Below the pieces are notes generated by a model. It did not search any database. It was given only the letters and a program-made list of their open reading frames with translations, and was not told the origin of the DNA. Below, piece by piece: positions 1 through 9,700 of a stretch of 64,000 nucleotides of DNA (its first letter is position 1; each line of letters begins with the position of its first letter). Source of the stretch: an uncultured Candidatus Saccharibacteria bacterium (lineage in GTDB: Bacteria; Patescibacteriota; Minisyncoccia; Phycocordibacterales; UBA9973); NCBI GenBank assembly GCA_964446965.1, contig CAYUQD010000002.1, positions 32,689 through 96,688 on the forward strand, in the 5' to 3' direction. Made by a program: the position numbers and the translations under genes.

Positions 1-496
1 GCGGATAGTCGGTATCAAATCCTTTTTCGAGCGCGAGTGAGAGCATCTCGGCGTTGTTCTCGAGTGGCTTGCCGAGCACCTTCACCACTTCTCCTGTTGG
101 AGCAGTCATTGGGTCAGGCCAGTCGGTGATCGCACAAAAGACCTTGTCACCAGCTTTTGCACCAGAGAGTTTCTCACCAGGAATAGTGATCGGTGTGTAC
201 ATACGCCCGTCATTGGTGACGATACAGTGTGTCCCTTGCTCAAATGAGAGTGTACCTGAGTATCCAACCTTTGCTCGACGACTGATCTCGAGGACCTTGC
301 CGTACGGGTTCTCATGGCTAGCGTTTGCGAGCTCTGTTACCTCGACTTTGACTGTGTCGCCATGAAATGCACGGTTCAATGCTTCGCGCGCGACTTCTAT
401 TGCGATGCCGAGGTCACGAACCTTCACATAGCCGGTGCCTTTGGTTGATATATTGATAGAGCCTTCAAATGTAGACCCGACGGAGAGTTTTTCCAT
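1..496 (-). CDS. rnr: Ribonuclease R, 5' part (runs off window start)
   Basis: Manual translation MEKLSVGSTFEGSINISTKGTGYV...ALNRAFHGDTVKV...GEVVKVLGKP matches RNase R N-terminal cold-shock domains. Confidence 0.85.
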   Translation of the reverse strand, partial: MEKLSVGSTFEGSINISTKGTGYVKVRDLGIAIEVAREALNRAFHGDTVKVEVTELANASHENPYGKVLEISRRAKVGYSGTLSFEQGTHCIVTNDGRMYTPITIPGEKLSGAKAGDKVFCAITDWPDPMTAPTGEVVKVLGKPLENNAEMLSLALEKGFDTDYP

Positions 497-519
497 TCGA
501 CTACTTTAGCACAATTCGG

Positions 520-576
520 CCGGTATGAATATTTTGCGTCCTCGCTTCGCTGCGGGATGCAAAATATTCATACCGG
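520..576. repeat. REP-like long palindrome between divergent rnr and rpsP
   Basis: CCGGTATGAATATTTTGC (520-537) is the exact reverse complement of 559-576; centre CGCTTCGCTGCG. Confidence 0.85.
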
Positions 577-635
577 ACCTCATTGCAGCTCTACTCGTTG
601 ACGCTTCCTACATATTCTGCTATTATCCGACTCAC

Positions 636-941
636 ATGTTAAAGATCAGACTACAACGTATCGGCCGCAAGAATGCACCAGCTTTTCGCTTGGTGGTGAC
701 CGATAGCAAGAATGCAGCGCAAAGCGGCAAATTCCTCGAGATTCTCGGGACTCACACTGTCAAAAGTGATGCAGTAGCTTTCAACGGCGAGCGCATCAAG
801 CACTGGATCAAGAACGGTGCCCAAGTATCTCCGACAGCACACAACATGCTCGTCAAAGACGGCATTATCGAAGGCAAGAAAAAGAACGTCCTCCCAAAGA
901 AATCTGCAACCCCAAAGCGAAAGGAAGCAAAGAAGAAATAA
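636..941 (+). CDS. rpsP: 30S ribosomal protein S16
   Basis: MLKIRLQRIGRKNAPAFRLVVTDS...GKFLEILG. Confidence 0.97.
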   Translation: MLKIRLQRIGRKNAPAFRLVVTDSKNAAQSGKFLEILGTHTVKSDAVAFNGERIKHWIKNGAQVSPTAHNMLVKDGIIEGKKKNVLPKKSATPKRKEAKKK

Positions 942-967
942 AAAATCCCCAGGCGACTGGGTTTTTT
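941..967 (+). terminator. Intrinsic terminator after rpsP
   Basis: CCCAG-GCGA-CTGGG followed by a T-run. Confidence 0.7.
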
Positions 968-1022
968 ATTACTGTAGATTTGCTAAAATGAACGTATTAC
1001 TGGATTGATTGAATATACACAT

Positions 1023-1328
1023 ATGACTGACAAAGAATTTCTGGAACTGGTAGTAAAGGCTCTCGTGGAGAATCCAAATGACGTCGTTATCGACCGCACA
1101 GTAGACGAGATGGGGGTATTGCTCACACTCTCGGTCAACCAAGTAGACATGGGCAAGATCATTGGTCGCTCTGGCAACACTGCAAAGGCGATCCGTACCT
1201 TGTTGCGCGTCGTCGGTATGAAGCACAATGCCCGCGTGAACCTCAAGATCAACGAGCCCGAAGGCTACCAAAAGCAGCCCGATGTCGCGAACCTCGATGA
1301 TGCGATGGCGGATCTTAAAGATCTCTAA
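1023..1328 (+). CDS. khpA: KH-domain RNA-binding protein KhpA (UPF0109)
   Basis: DMGKIIGRSGNTAKAIRTLL KH motif; conserved position after rpsP. Confidence 0.92.
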   Translation: MTDKEFLELVVKALVENPNDVVIDRTVDEMGVLLTLSVNQVDMGKIIGRSGNTAKAIRTLLRVVGMKHNARVNLKINEPEGYQKQPDVANLDDAMADLKDL

Positions 1329-1347
1329 AAAGCATTATAAATAAAGG

Positions 1348-1379
1348 TCAAAAATCCCCTCGAAATAGGGGATTTTTGA
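1348..1379. terminator. Bidirectional-type terminator after khpA
   Basis: TCAAAAATCCCCT-CGAAAT-AGGGGATTTTTGA. Confidence 0.85.
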
Positions 1380-1383
1380 ATGC

Positions 1384-1411
1384 TTGACAAAATATATAGA
1401 TATGCTAATAT
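1384..1411 (+). promoter_or_regulatory. Sigma70-type promoter
   Basis: TTGACA-N16-TAATAT with extended TG. Confidence 0.7.
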
Positions 1412-1419
1412 AAAGCAAA

Positions 1420-1580
1420 ACTCAGTTGGAACAAAGTTTCTTAACTTCTCATAGAGCCCACGTATACCAATCCTCGGATTGGACTGTAGCCAAAAGGCCG
1501 ATAATATACCAGCTCGAATATGGGATCCGAAACCTCTTGCAAAGGATACGGACATAGAGAAAGTAATATGGCCAACATTA
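1420..1580 (+). ncRNA. Candidate structured ncRNA, family unknown
   Basis: Follows a promoter, has no sizeable + ORF, shows nested pairings: GTTGG/CCAAC, TTAACTTCTC/GAGAAAGTAA, CCAATC-CTCG-GATTGG, TCCG..CGGA. Confidence 0.4.
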
Positions 1581-1775
1581 TGATAAAAACTCTTTTAAAT
1601 TAATTTTTTCTTCTGTTATTTTGACTGATCATCTGCATTAGTATGTCTCTGACTATATTAGTGGTGATTACATCAGTATTTGAATTTCAAGTAACCATGT
1701 TGGTTACACAAACAACCCGATCGGCAGATTGGGTTTTTACTTTGACTAATTTATAAAATATTGTATTGTTATCTC

Positions 1776-2420
1776 ATGAAATTTCACTTCCTCACCATTT
1801 TTCCCGAAATGATCAACTCGTATATTGGCGAGAGTATTTTGAAGCGGGCGGGGGAGAAGAAACTCCTTGCATTTGAGGTAAAGAATATCCGCGAATATAC
1901 CAAGGACAAGCATCGCAAGACTGACGAACGTCCATACGGCGGTGGTCCGGGGATGGTGATGACCGCAGAGCCAATCCTCAATGCCTTCAATAAACTCAAA
2001 CTCAAGAAAGGTGGCAAAGTGAAAGTGATACAACTCTCACCGAGTGGCAAGATGTTCACCAACGCAGTCGCAGCAAAGTTTGCCAAGTCATATACCGATA
2101 TCGTCTATATCTGCGGACGATACGAAGGGGTAGATGATCGCGTGCGCACCATCCTCAAGGCGGATGAATACTCAATCGGAGACTACACCGTCACCGGTGG
2201 CGAACTCCCAGCCCTCATCATGACCGACGCTATCGCTCGGCAGATCCAAGGGGTACTGGGCAAGGGGGAGAGTGTCGAAGAGAGTCGCATTGCGAGTCCT
2301 CGAGTCTACACACGCCCAGAAGTACTGGTATATAAAGGCAAAAAGTACAAAGTCCCAAAAGTCCTCACGACAGGGGATCACAAAAAGATAGACGAATGGC
2401 GACTCAAGCAGAAGGGGTAA
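1776..2420 (+). CDS. trmD: tRNA (guanine-N1)-methyltransferase
   Basis: DERPYGGGPGMVM, ICGRYEGVDDR, YSIGDYTVTGGELPA. Confidence 0.97.
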   Translation: MKFHFLTIFPEMINSYIGESILKRAGEKKLLAFEVKNIREYTKDKHRKTDERPYGGGPGMVMTAEPILNAFNKLKLKKGGKVKVIQLSPSGKMFTNAVAAKFAKSYTDIVYICGRYEGVDDRVRTILKADEYSIGDYTVTGGELPALIMTDAIARQIQGVLGKGESVEESRIASPRVYTRPEVLVYKGKKYKVPKVLTTGDHKKIDEWRLKQKG

Positions 2421-2489
2421 TATTGACTTATATTGTATATATGGTATCATATATACAACGCAGTATCGCGCTCATTTAAACATAAAAAT

Positions 2490-2930
2490 ATGGACCAGTT
2501 TCCCATCGAGCAACACATAATCGATGTACTCACAGAGTATGTCGACAAATCGTTCACGATACGCCTCATTGAGGACAATAAACCCTGGAACGAAATATTG
2601 AAAAATATATTACAATCAGTATTTCCAAAAGCTACGATCACTATCACTACTCCAGAAACTTGGCTATCTATAGAACAGGAAATAAGGGAGCAGCAATTTG
2701 ATATGGTGTTCGTAGATGTAAACTTAAACAAATTTTTCGAACATCCAAAGTATGGTACAAATGGGTTGAAAGTGATCCCCTTTATCAAAAAGGAGAGCCC
2801 TAACACCTGTATAATCGCCTTTTCTAGTAATTCAAAGCTCAATGATATTGCAGTAAAGGACGGGGCCAATTTTGGGATTGTAAAAAAGGATATTATTTGC
2901 CTCCCAAAGCAAATAGGTATGAAAAAATAG
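2490..2930 (+). CDS. Orphan response-regulator receiver domain protein (AT-rich islet)
   Basis: LIEDN, FDMVFVDVNL, GLKVI, IIAFSS, GANFGIVKK; own promoter TTGACT at 2423. Confidence 0.7.
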   Translation: MDQFPIEQHIIDVLTEYVDKSFTIRLIEDNKPWNEILKNILQSVFPKATITITTPETWLSIEQEIREQQFDMVFVDVNLNKFFEHPKYGTNGLKVIPFIKKESPNTCIIAFSSNSKLNDIAVKDGANFGIVKKDIICLPKQIGMKK

Positions 2931-3007
2931 CAAAACTAAGTCTTTTTCATGCTATTGACAAATATTGCATGGTGTGATACTATATTTAGGAACAAAAATT
3001 GATAGTT

Positions 3008-3262
3008 ATGAAACGTCAAGATAGAGAACTTTTAAAAAGCCTTCTCAAGCACAATACATTCCCACTGAGTGTTGCACCCATACCCGCAAAGGTTGTCCAG
3101 CATCCAAGTGTGCCACAGAAAATCGAGGAATCTCTCGAACAAGAAAACGAATCAGATCCATCGGATAGTACCGAACCACAACCATCACTACCAGAGCAGT
3201 TGCGGGCACGACACGATCTGTTCGTTGATCATTGTTCCAGAGATTATCGGATCAGGTTATAA
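3008..3262 (+). CDS. Hypothetical protein (islet)
   Basis: ORF after TTGACA-N17-TACTAT (2955-2983). Confidence 0.5.
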   Translation: MKRQDRELLKSLLKHNTFPLSVAPIPAKVVQHPSVPQKIEESLEQENESDPSDSTEPQPSLPEQLRARHDLFVDHCSRDYRIRL

Positions 3263-3296
3263 TATAGAAAGTGTTTTCCCGGGGGTTATAGTAAGA

Positions 3297-3343
3297 GATG
3301 GGCGAAAGCCCATCAAACCGCTTCATTCATGAGGCGGTTTTTT
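3297..3343 (+). terminator. GAAA-tetraloop hairpin followed by intrinsic terminator
   Basis: GATGGGC-GAAA-GCCCATC then AAACCGCTTCA-TTCA-TGAGGCGGTTTTTT. Confidence 0.75.
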
Positions 3344-3485
3344 ATTTGACAGGTACTCTGCTATATACTACACTGTAGCCCTTACAGTTTCGGAAGGGTT
3401 TTGGTTGTTTTCTGTATATTATTAGGTGAGTTTACAAGGTAAGCCGTCCCCGCTATGGGGTAGGCATTTTTGCGTTTATATACAT

Positions 3486-6400
3486 ATGAGTAAAACGAAA
3501 GCACAGACGGGTCCTCGACCAAAGAAGTACTTTTCTAAGTTCAAAGAGCCACTCGCTCCATTTCCAAACCTTATTCAACATCAGATCGACTCATACAATA
3601 GATTGATCGAAAAGGGTCTCAAAGAAGTCTTTAAAGAATTCACCCCAATCCAGGACTACTCTGGCAAGAAATTCCAGCTTGACCTCGTGTCATTCCACCT
3701 TGTCGCACCTACCCACGACGAACACTACGCAAAAGAAAACAAACTCTCTCTCGAAACACAACTCAAAGCTCGTATCAAACTCACCAACAAACAAACTGGG
3801 TCTGAAAAAGAGCAAGAAATATTCCTTTCGGATATCCCCGTGATGACCAATCATGGTACCTTCATCATCAACGGTGTTGAGCGTTCGCTCATCCCGCAAC
3901 TTCAGCGTTCTTCTGGAGTATTTTTTACTGACCTCGACATCAAGGGCAAGCGATACTTTGGCGCAAAGATCATCCCAAACCGCGGAGTATGGATCGAGAT
4001 CGAGTCTGATCCAAGTGGCGAGATATTTGTCCGTATCGACAAGAAAAAGAAGTTCTCAGTCATCACACTCTTGCGCGCGCTCGGCTTGACCGAAGACGCA
4101 ATGATTCTCAAAGCATTCAAGGGTGACACTGTACAGAACGTCATCAAGAATGCAATCGAAAAGGACCTCGTCAAGGACCAGAGCAGTGCCTTCGTCGAGA
4201 TCTACCGCAAACTTCGTGATGGTGACCTTGCCAACGCTGAGAACGCAAAGGAGTTCGTCAACAACCTCTTTAGTGAAGAACGATACGACCTCTCATCTGT
4301 TGGACGATTTCGTTTCAACAACCGTTTCCAGCTCGATATGAGTGACAAGGCAATGGAGCGCAAAACGCTCTCTGCAGATGATATTGCCGTCATCATCAGT
4401 CACATCATCGAACTCAACACTACTCCAGGAAGTCATGCAGATGACATCGACCACCTCTCGTCACGACGCGTCCGTTTTGTCGGAGAGATGCTCCAGTCCA
4501 AGATCTATATGGGATTCACTCAGATCAAGCGCAACGTGCAAGATCGTATGAGTACGATCGATGCAGCCAACGCGCTCCCGATCCAGGTCGTCAACCAGCG
4601 TCCACTCCAGGCTCGTATCAAAGAATTCTTTACGACCAACCAGCTCTCACAGTTCATGCAACAGGACAACATTCTCTCTGAGATCGAAGAGTTGCGTACT
4701 GTCAGTGCGCTTGGTCCCGGAGGTCTCACTCGTGAACGCGCGACCCTCGAAGTCCGTGACGTACACACATCTCACTATGGTCGTGTCTGTCCGATCCACA
4801 CACCAGAAGGTCCAAACATTGGTCTCATCCTCCGTCTCGCGATCTACGCGCGCATCAATGAGTTCGGCATTATCGAGACTCCGTACGCCAAGGTAAAGGG
4901 TGGCAAGATCACCGACGAGATCGTCTACCTCAACGCTGCCGAAGAAGAGCGCTACATCATTGCTCACGCTGGTATGCGCGGAGCTACAGCTGCGCTCCCT
5001 GATCGTGTCGAAGCCCGCATCCGCACATCTCCTGGTATCGTTGACAAGGCAGAAGTCGACTTCATCGACGTTGCCCCAAACCAGGCATTCTCTGTTGCGA
5101 CATCTATGGTGCCGTTTCTCGAACACAACGATGCAAACCGTGCATTGATGGGTAGTAACATGCAAAAGCAGGCAGTCCCACTCATCCGCCCAGAAGCACC
5201 ATTGGTTGCTACTGGTATGGAAGAACTCGCAGCGCCATACTCAGGCCGTCTCGTCATCGCCGAAGAAGGTGGGGAAGTCGTTGCAGTAGATGCAATGAAA
5301 ATCACGATCAAGAACGACAAGACAAACAAGGATCACACCTACTCACTCGTGAACTTCCAGCGCACCAACGCGTTCAATGCGTTCCACCAGCGTCCAGTCG
5401 TATCTCTCGGTCAAAAGATTAAGAAGGGAGATCTCCTCGCAGATACTTCAACTTCTGCGAACGGACAGATCGCACTTGGTCACAACATGCGCGTTGCATT
5501 TATGTCATGGAACGGTAACAACTTCGAAGACGCGATCATTCTCTCTGAACGTCTGATCAAGGACTCCAAGTTCACCTCTATGTATATCGCAGAGTTCACA
5601 TCAGTCGTGCGTGACACCAAGCTTGGTCCCGAGATCACTACTCGCGACATCCCAAACGTCGGTGAGGCACGCCTCAAGGACCTCGACGAAGAAGGTATCA
5701 TCCGTGTTGGTGCAGAAGTCAAAGAGGGCGACATCATGGTCGGCAAGATCACCCCAAAGGGTGAGACAGAACTCACTCCCGAAGAGCGACTTCTCCGAAG
5801 TATCTTTGCTGAGAAGGCTCGTGATGTGAAGGATACTTCTCTCAAGATGGATCACGGCAAGCGTGGTCGCGTCATCCGAGTCAAGGTATTCTCTCGTGAA
5901 CAAGGTCACTCACTCGAGAGTGGTGTGATCAAGAAGATCGTCATCGAAGTCGCACAGTTGCGTAATATCTCTGTCGGAGACAAGCTCGCTGGACGTCACG
6001 GTAACAAGGGTGTCATCTCAGTTGTCCTCCCCGAAGAAGACATGCCATACATGGCAGACGGTACTCCTGTCGACGTTGTGCTCACTCCGCTCGGTGTCCC
6101 ATCACGTATGAACCTCGGACAGATCCTCGAACTCCACCTCGGACTCGCAGCGCACGAACTCGGCTATCAAGCCATCGTTCCACCATTCTCTGGTGCGACC
6201 GATGCTGAGATCAAGGCCGAACTCGTCACTGCAGGATTCCCTGAGTCAGGACGCGTACCGCTCTACGACGGACGAACAGGAGAGAAGTACGAACAAGACA
6301 TCGCAGTCGGATTTATGTACATTCTCAAACTTCACCACATGGTTGAAGACAAGATTCACATGCGTTCTATTGGTCCATACTCACTCATCACACAGCAACC

Positions 6401-6704
6401 ACTCGGTGGTAAGGCGCAAGGTGGAGGTCAGCGTTTCGGAGAAATGGAGGTCTGGGCACTCGAAGGATATGGTGCCTCACACATTCTGCGCGAAATGCTC
6501 ACGATCAAATCTGACGACATCCGTGGACGTGCGGCGACATTTGACTCGATCATCAAGGGTGAACCGATCCGAGAACCAAATACTCCTGCGTCATTCATGG
6601 TCATGTTGAACTATCTTCGCGGACTCGCGCTCGACGTCGAGCTCACCAATGCACGGACGGTACCCGCTTCATTATCAGCAGCAGATGACGAAACAACTGC
6701 GTAA
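3486..6704 (+). CDS. rpoB: RNA polymerase beta subunit
   Basis: GDKLAGRHGNKGVIS, GGQRFGEMEVWALE; own TTGACA promoter at 3346. Confidence 0.99.
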   Translation: MSKTKAQTGPRPKKYFSKFKEPLAPFPNLIQHQIDSYNRLIEKGLKEVFKEFTPIQDYSGKKFQLDLVSFHLVAPTHDEHYAKENKLSLETQLKARIKLTNKQTGSEKEQEIFLSDIPVMTNHGTFIINGVERSLIPQLQRSSGVFFTDLDIKGKRYFGAKIIPNRGVWIEIESDPSGEIFVRIDKKKKFSVITLLRALGLTEDAMILKAFKGDTVQNVIKNAIEKDLVKDQSSAFVEIYRKLRDGDLANAENAKEFVNNLFSEERYDLSSVGRFRFNNRFQLDMSDKAMERKTLSADDIAVIISHIIELNTTPGSHADDIDHLSSRRVRFVGEMLQSKIYMGFTQIKRNVQDRMSTIDAANALPIQVVNQRPLQARIKEFFTTNQLSQFMQQDNILSEIEELRTVSALGPGGLTRERATLEVRDVHTSHYGRVCPIHTPEGPNIGLILRLAIYARINEFGIIETPYAKVKGGKITDEIVYLNAAEEERYIIAHAGMRGATAALPDRVEARIRTSPGIVDKAEVDFIDVAPNQAFSVATSMVPFLEHNDANRALMGSNMQKQAVPLIRPEAPLVATGMEELAAPYSGRLVIAEEGGEVVAVDAMKITIKNDKTNKDHTYSLVNFQRTNAFNAFHQRPVVSLGQKIKKGDLLADTSTSANGQIALGHNMRVAFMSWNGNNFEDAIILSERLIKDSKFTSMYIAEFTSVVRDTKLGPEITTRDIPNVGEARLKDLDEEGIIRVGAEVKEGDIMVGKITPKGETELTPEERLLRSIFAEKARDVKDTSLKMDHGKRGRVIRVKVFSREQGHSLESGVIKKIVIEVAQLRNISVGDKLAGRHGNKGVISVVLPEEDMPYMADGTPVDVVLTPLGVPSRMNLGQILELHLGLAAHELGYQAIVPPFSGATDAEIKAELVTAGFPESGRVPLYDGRTGEKYEQDIAVGFMYILKLHHMVEDKIHMRSIGPYSLITQQPLGGKAQGGGQRFGEMEVWALEGYGASHILREMLTIKSDDIRGRAATFDSIIKGEPIREPNTPASFMVMLNYLRGLALDVELTNARTVPASLSAADDETTA

Positions 6705-6722
6705 TCTTTTGAGTCCAATTAT

Positions 6723-9700
6723 ATGAAAACACTCGATACAACAAACTTTGATCAAATCGTTCTCAAACTCGCAAGTCCTGATCGCATCCGCGAATGGTCA
6801 TATGGAGAGGTGACGAAACCAGAAACTATCAACTACCGAACAGGGCGTTCAGAACGCGGCGGTCTCTTTGACGAGCGCATCTTTGGTCCCGAAAAAGACT
6901 ACGAATGTTACTGTGGTAAATACAAGCGCATCCGATACGCAGGTATCGTCTGTGAGAAGTGTAGTGTGGAAGTCACACAGTCTATCGTGCGCCGTGAACG
7001 TATGGGTCACATCGAACTCGCTTCACCTGTAGCACACATCTGGTTCCTCCGAGGTGTACCATCTCGAATGAGTATCTTGCTCAACGTCTCGCTCGCCGAC
7101 CTCGAAAAGGTGGTCTACTTTGCTGGATATATCATCACGAGTGTTCACGAAGACGAAAAGACTCGTGTCGTCGCGGAGCTCGAAGCTGAATTTAAAAACA
7201 AAGTAAAGAATGCAGCTGACGAAGAGACAAAGGAAAAGCTCAAGAACCTCCTTCTCAATACAAAGAAAGAAATCGCAGAGATTCGTGTCGGCAAGGTGCT
7301 CAACGAACTCTCATACCACCACTTCTCACTCAAGTACGGATCTAGTTTCGAAGCAAACATTGGTGGAGAAGCAATCTATCAGTTGTTCTGCAACATGGAC
7401 CTCGACAAGCTCAAGGCTGTCACCGAGAAATCTCTCGAGAAAGCAGGAGCTGCAGAGCGTGAGAAACTCCAAAAGCGTCTCGCACTCATCCGTTCGATGA
7501 TCTACGCAAAGATTCGTCCAGAATGGATGTTCCTCTCAGTGATCCCGGTGATCCCTCCAGCGATCCGTCCGATGGTTGCCCTCGAAGGTGGTCGTCATGC
7601 GACTAGTGATGTCAACGACCTCTATCGTCGCGTCATCAACCGCAACAACCGTCTCAAAAAGTTGAAGGAAATAGGTGCTCCAGATGTCATCCTCCGCAAC
7701 GAAAAGCGTATCTTGCAAGAAGCAGTAGACGCATTGATCGACAACTCGATCGCCGGCCAAGACTCTCCTGCAATGAGTCAAGCGCAGCGTCGTGCACTCA
7801 AGAGTCTCTCTGACAACCTCAAATCAAAGCAAGGTCTCTTTCGTCAGAACCTCCTCGGTAAGCGCGTTGACTACTCAGCACGTAGTGTGATCGTCGTTGG
7901 ACCAACACTTCGTCTCAACCAGTGTGGTCTCCCAAAGCATATGGCACTCGAACTCTTTCGACCGTTCGTCATCTCAAAGATCATTGCTCGTGAACTCGCA
8001 TACAACATTCGTGGTGCCAACAAGCTCATCGAAGATGGTATTCCTGAAGTCTGGGCAATCCTCGAAGAAGTGATCCAGGGCAAGTACGTGCTCCTCAACC
8101 GTGCACCGACACTTCACCGTCTCGGTATTCAGGCATTCATGCCAGTATTGATCGAAGGTAATGCTATCCAAGTTCACCCACTCGTCTGTCCTGCGTTCAA
8201 CGCCGACTTCGACGGTGACCAGATGGGTGTATACCTCCCGTTGTCAGAGACTTCTCAAGCAGAAGCAAAGGCGCTCATCAGTGCTGACAAGAACTTGCTC
8301 AAGCCACAAAACGGAGATCCGATCGTCTCTTCCAAACTCCTCGACATTGTTCTCGGATGTTATTGGATGACGTCATCAGTCGACGGTCAAAAGGGTGAAG
8401 GTAAGTACTTCGCAAGTCCAAATGATGCCATCCTCGCTTCGGACCATGACGTCGTGTCATACCGCGCAAAGATCAATGTGCTCGGTACAGGGAACGAAAA
8501 GTATGAGATCTTTGGTGGTAAGCCATTTGAGACAACAGTCGGACGCCTCCTCTTCAACGCGATCTTGCCTGCAGACTTCCCATATATGAACGAAGAAATG
8601 ACCTCAAAGAAGATGGTCGTCATCGTCGACAACCTCATTAGTAAATATGGTGTTGATCCGATCGCAAACATTCTCGACCGTATCAAGACATTCGGGTACA
8701 AGTACGCGACCAAGTCTGGTACAACATGGGGTATCGACAACGTTATCGTCCCTGCAGAAAAGCCAGCCATTGTCGCAAAACATCGCGCTATGGAAGCAGA
8801 AGTCAAAGCGCAGTTCGAAGACGGTCTCCTCTCCGAAGAAGAACGCTACCAGAGTGTGCTCACTATCTGGAACAAGGCAAAGGCCGAGATCGAAAAAGCA
8901 TTGCCGAACACTATCGAGAAGCACTCATCTGTTTACGACATGATTACTTCTGGTGCTCGAGGTACTGTATCCAACGTGACCCAGATGGCCGGTATGAAGG
9001 GTCTCATCCAGAACACTACTGGACGCACGATCGACTTCCCGATCATTCCATCATTCAAGGAAGGGTTGTCTCCACTCGAATACTTCATTACGACTCACGG
9101 TTCACGTAAGGGTCTCGCCGATACTGCGCTCAACACTGCACGTGCCGGATACCTCACTCGACGTCTCGTTGATGTGGCCCAAGATGTGATCGTCACTGAA
9201 GACGACTGTGGAACAAAGAGTAGCAAGCGCGTTACCAAGGAAGTTATCTCAGGTTTTGAGATTCCAATCTCAAAGAATATTCGTGGACGAGTGCTCGCAA
9301 AAGAGATCGCATTGCCTGACGGCACTACTATGTTCAAGCGTGGTCACATGATCACTCGCGACGAAGCGCTCGAAGTTGAAGCTCGTGGTGCGACAGAAGT
9401 ATTCATCCGCACTCCAATGCTCTGCAAGACTGTATACGGTATCTGCCGACAGTGTTATGGTCTCGACCTCGGTCGCAACCACATCGTCGACAAGGGTGAG
9501 TCAGTGGGTATCATCGCCGCTCAAGCGATCGGTGAACCAGGTACACAGCTCACACTTCGTACATTCCACGCCGGAGGTCTCGCCGGAGTCGACATCACAC
9601 AGGGTCTCCCTCGTGTCGAAGAAATCTTTGAGTGTCGTGAAGTCAAGAATCCTGCAGTCGTCGCAAAGTACTCCGGTACTGTATCTGAGATCAAAGAAAA

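Noticed and set aside
1580-1683. TGA recoding (genetic code 25)
   Set aside because: Core genes such as dnaG end in TGA and long ORFs are intact under code 11.
3069-3332. Second ORF or programmed frameshift partner of 3008-3262
   Set aside because: No clear start or slippery site; it ends inside the terminator.
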